Shown here piece by piece: positions 56,690 through 64,000 of a stretch of 64,000 bases of DNA. The notes beneath the pieces were generated by a model. It ran no database searches and was not told where the DNA came from. It was given only the letters and a program-made list of their open reading frames with translations. The position numbers and the translations under genes were made by a program. Numbering within the stretch: the first letter of the stretch is position 1; each line of letters begins with the position of its first letter. The stretch comes from the human T2T-CHM13v2.0 reference genome, Homo sapiens: NCBI RefSeq assembly GCF_009914755.1, contig NC_060928.1; one strand, given 5' to 3'.

Positions 56690-57616
56690 AAATATTTTCA
56701 AAAATTGATACATACATACTGAAATTTAACCTTATTCTGATATAATTTATATATACTAAAATGCATTATGCTAAGAGTATAGTTCTATTAGATGACCAAA
56801 GTATGAAGGCATGTCACTATCACTGTATTCAAATACAGAAAATTTCCATTACTCCAGAATGTTCTGTTGGGTATCTCTGCAGTCACCCACCTCTTCAAGT
56901 TCCAGGCAACCACTAATAGGTTTCCTGTCATTCCGAATTAATGCTGCCTAATATAGAATTATATATAGAATTTTTATAGACTATATATGGAATTATATAC
57001 CCAATACATATTTTGTTCTGTCTTCTTTTGCTCAGCATACCATTTTTCAAGATTCCTTTATGCTGTGTGTAACAATAGTTTATTCTCCTCTAAGGTTGAA
57101 CAATATTTCATTATACGAATATATCACAATTTGTTTATCTGTTCACCTGCTGTTGAACATCTGTGTTTTATCCAATTTTAGGCTCTTTTAATAAATCTGT
57201 TATGAGCATTTTTGCAAAAGTCTTTTTGTGGATTCACATTTTCGTTTTCCCTGAGTAACTACCTAGGAGTGATATGGCTGGGATATAAAAGTAAGGACAT
57301 GTTTAAAGTTATAAGAAATGGACAATCTGTATTCCAAATTGGTTGTACCATAACTAAGAACAGCAAATAAAAACTCTATTTGCTCCACATCCTTGGTATC
57401 TCTTGGTATGGTCAGTCATTAAAATTTTAAGCCATTCTAATGGGTTTACAGTGCTAATCCATAATGACAAAAGATGCTGATCACTTTGGGAGGTGCTGAT
57501 TGATCATTTGATATCTTGGTTTGTGAAGTGTCTGCTGAAATCATTTGTCCATTTTCTTAATGGAGTTAGTTTCTGTATATACTTTGGATATAAGTATATG
57601 TTGCTAATATTTTCTT
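56690..57616 (-). mobile_element. L1ME-type 3' region (left part, split by the L1PA6)
   Basis: acagaaaatttccattactccagaa, ccaggcaaccactaat, ttgctcagcata, acctaggagtga. Confidence 0.8.
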
Positions 57617-57835
57617 TTTAAATTTTTTAAATTATACTTTAAATTCTAGAGTACATGCGCACAATGTGCAGGTTTGTTACATAAGTATACATGTGCCATG
57701 TTGGCTTGCTGTACCCAATCAACTCATCATTTACATTACGGATTTCTCCAAATGCTATCCCTCCTCCAACCCCCCACCCCCTGATAGGCCCCGGTATGTG
57801 ATGTTCCCCTTCCTGTGTCCATGTGTTCTTATTGT

Positions 57836-61660
<3,825 letters not shown>

Positions 61661-61720
61661 TATGATGCTAGCTGGTTACTTTGCCCATTAATTGATGTCA
61701 TTTCTTCATATCGATGGTCT

Positions 61721-62746
61721 TTACACTTTGGCATGTTTTTGCAGTGGCTTATACTGGTTGTTCCTTTCCATGTTTAGTGCTTCCTTCAGGAACTCTTATA
61801 TGGCAGGCCTGGTGGTGACAAAATCTCTCAGCATTTGCTTGTCTGTAAAGAATTTTATTTCTCCTTCATTTATGAAGCTTAGTTTGGCTGGATATGAAAT
61901 TCTGAGTTGAAAATTCTTTTCTTTAAGAATGTTGAATATTGGCTCCGACTCTCTTGAGGCTTGTAGGGTTTCTGCCGAGAGATCCTCTGTTAATCTGATG
62001 GGCTTCTCTTTGTGGGTAACTCGACCTTGCTCCGTGGCTGCCTTTAATATTTTTTCCTTCATTTCAACCTTGGTGAATCTGACAATTATGTGTCTTGGGG
62101 TTGCTCTTCTCGAGGAGTATCTTTGTGGTGTTCTCTGTATTTCTTGAATTTGAATGTTGGCCTGCCTTGCTACATTGGGGAAGTTCTCCTGGATAATATC
62201 CTGAAGAGTGTTTTCTAACTTGGTTCCATTCTCCCCATCACTTTCAGGAACACCAATCAAACGTAGATTTGGTCTTTTCACATAGTCCCATATTTCTTGG
62301 AGGCTTTGTTCATTTCTTTTTACTCTATTTTCTCTAATCTTGTCTTCTCACTTTATTTCATTAATTTGATCTTCAATCACTGATCTCCTTTCTTCCACTT
62401 GATTGAATCGCCTATTGAAGCTTGTGCATACATCACGAAGTTCTCGTGCTGTGTTTTTCAGCTCCATCAAGTCATTTAAGGTCTTCACTACACTGTTTAT
62501 TCTAGTTAGCCATTTGTCTAACCTTTTTTCAAGGTTTTTAGATTGCTCACGATGGGTTAGAACATGCTCCTTTAGCTCGGAGAAGTTTGTTATTACCGAC
62601 CTTCTGAAGCCTACTTCTGTCAGCTCGTCAAAGTCATTCTCTGTTCAGTTTTGTTCTGTTCCTGGTGAGGAGTTGCGATCCTTTGGAGGAGAAGAGGCAC
62701 TCTAGTTTTGGGAATTTTCAGCTTTTCTGCTCTGGTTTCTTCTCAT
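61721..62746 (-). pseudogene. L1 ORF1 (RNA-binding protein), disrupted
   Basis: ATG at 62746 with TAG at codon 15; fragment KRPNLRLIGVPE...RISYPAKLSF ends at a premature stop. Confidence 0.95.
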
Positions 62747-63328
62747 CTTTGTGGTTTTATCTACCTTTGGTCTTTGATGTTGGTGACCTACAGATGGGGT
62801 TTTGGTGTGGATGTCCTTTTTGTTGATGTTGATGCTATTCTTTTCTGTTTGTTAGTTTTCCTTCTAACAGTCAGGCCCCTCAGCTGAAGGTCTGTTGGAG
62901 TTTGCTGGAGGTCCACTCCAGACACTGTTTGCCTGGGTATCACCAGCAGAGGCTGCAGAACAGCAAATATTGCTGCCTGATCCTTCCTCTGGAAGCCTCA
63001 TCCCAGAGGGGCACCCACCTGTATGAGGTGTCTGTCGGCCCCTATTGGGAGGTGCCTCCCATTCAGGCTACATGGGGGTCAGGGACACACTTGAGGAGGC
63101 AGTCTATCCATTCTCGGAGCTTGAACGCTGTGCTGGAGAACCATTGCTCTCTTCAGGGCTGTCAGACAGGGATGTTTAAGTCTGCAGAAGTTGTCTGCTG
63201 CCTTTTGTTCAGCTATGCCCTGCCCACAGAGGTAGAGTCTATAGAGGCAGTAGGCCTTGCTGAGTTGCAGTGGGCTCCACCCATTTAGAGCTTCCCGGCC
63301 ACTTTGTTTACCTACTCAAGCCTCAACA

Positions 63329-63469
63329 ATGGCAGACATCCCTCCCCCTGCCAGGCTGCAGCCTCACAGGTGGATCTCAGACTGCTGCGCTCGTAGTGAG
63401 CAAGCCTCTGTGGGCATGGGACCTGCTGAGCCAGGCACAGGAGAGTATCTCTTGGTCTGCAGTTGCTAA
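63329..63469 (+). pseudogene. L1 antisense ORF0 homolog, truncated to 46 aa
   Basis: MADIPPPARLQPHRWISDCCARSEQASVGMGPAEPG aligns to primate ORF0 (MAGAPPPASLPPCSLISDCC...); acaATGG context. Confidence 0.8.
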
Positions 63470-63745
63470 GACCATCAAAAGGCACAGTATTTTGTCAGGA
63501 GTGTACTGTTTTTCCAGGTACAGTCAGTCACGGTTTCCCTTGGCTAGGAAAGGGAAATCCCCTGACGCCTTGCACTTCCCAGGTGAGGTGATGCCCTGCC
63601 CTGCTTTGGCTCGCCGTCCATGGGCTGCACCCACTGTCCAACCAGTCCCAGTGAGATGAACCAGGTACCTCTGTTGGAAATGCAGAAATCACCCGTCTTC
63701 TGTGTCCATCTCGCTGGGAGCTGCAGACTGGAGCTGTTCCGACTA

Positions 63746-63755
63746 GGCCATCTTG
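63746..63755 (-). promoter_or_regulatory. YY1 site of the L1 internal promoter
   Basis: CAAGATGGCC about 12 nt from the L1 5' end. Confidence 0.8.
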
Positions 63756-63766
63756 GAAGCACTCCC

Positions 63767-64000
63767 TTGCTTATATTTTCTTCCACTTTGTAATTTATCT
63801 TTTTCAAGTATGTGATAGTGACTAGTGTCTTTCAGAGACCAAAATATTTCAAGTTTGATGAAGCTTATGATTTTTTCCATGGTTTGTGCTTTTTGCATCC
63901 TAGGAAATCTTTTTCTATGCTTGAAAACAAAAGATTTTCTTCCATATTTTCTTGAATACATTTCTTATCTTCTGTTTTGCTCCATGATCCACTGTAAGTT
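63767..64000 (-). mobile_element. L1ME-type element resumed (right part)
   Basis: aagtttgatgaag...tttgtgctttttgcatcctaggaaatcttt...ccatgatccact continues the element broken at 57616. Confidence 0.75.

Overview
This is AT-rich primate (human-like) genomic DNA with no recognisable cellular protein-coding exon, RNA gene or CpG island, so it is probably intergenic or deep-intronic. It is dominated by interspersed repeats. There are six Alus (AluS and AluY types) and a full-length ~6.15 kb L1PA6-like LINE-1 (- strand, 16-bp TSD, disabled ORF1/ORF2, truncated ORF0). Other LINEs are a TSD-flanked L1PB-type element with a large internal deletion, several older L1PA15-17/L1M pieces (one with a twin-priming 5' inversion), and L2/MIR relics. 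Also present are solo LTRs (LTR28-like, LTR1-like, MER67-like, THE1A, MLT1), DNA transposon relics (Tigger1, MER69A, MER33, half MADE1) and TA/CA microsatellites. Almost every ORF in the supplied track is a repeat fragment or a chance ORF. Subfamily names come from recalled consensus sequences and need RepeatMasker/Dfam confirmation. I found no convincing new biological system. The best leads are modest: a candidate minus-strand terminal exon with a small ORF, a splice donor inside a solo LTR, AG|GT recursive-splice-like sites, and L1 structural oddities.
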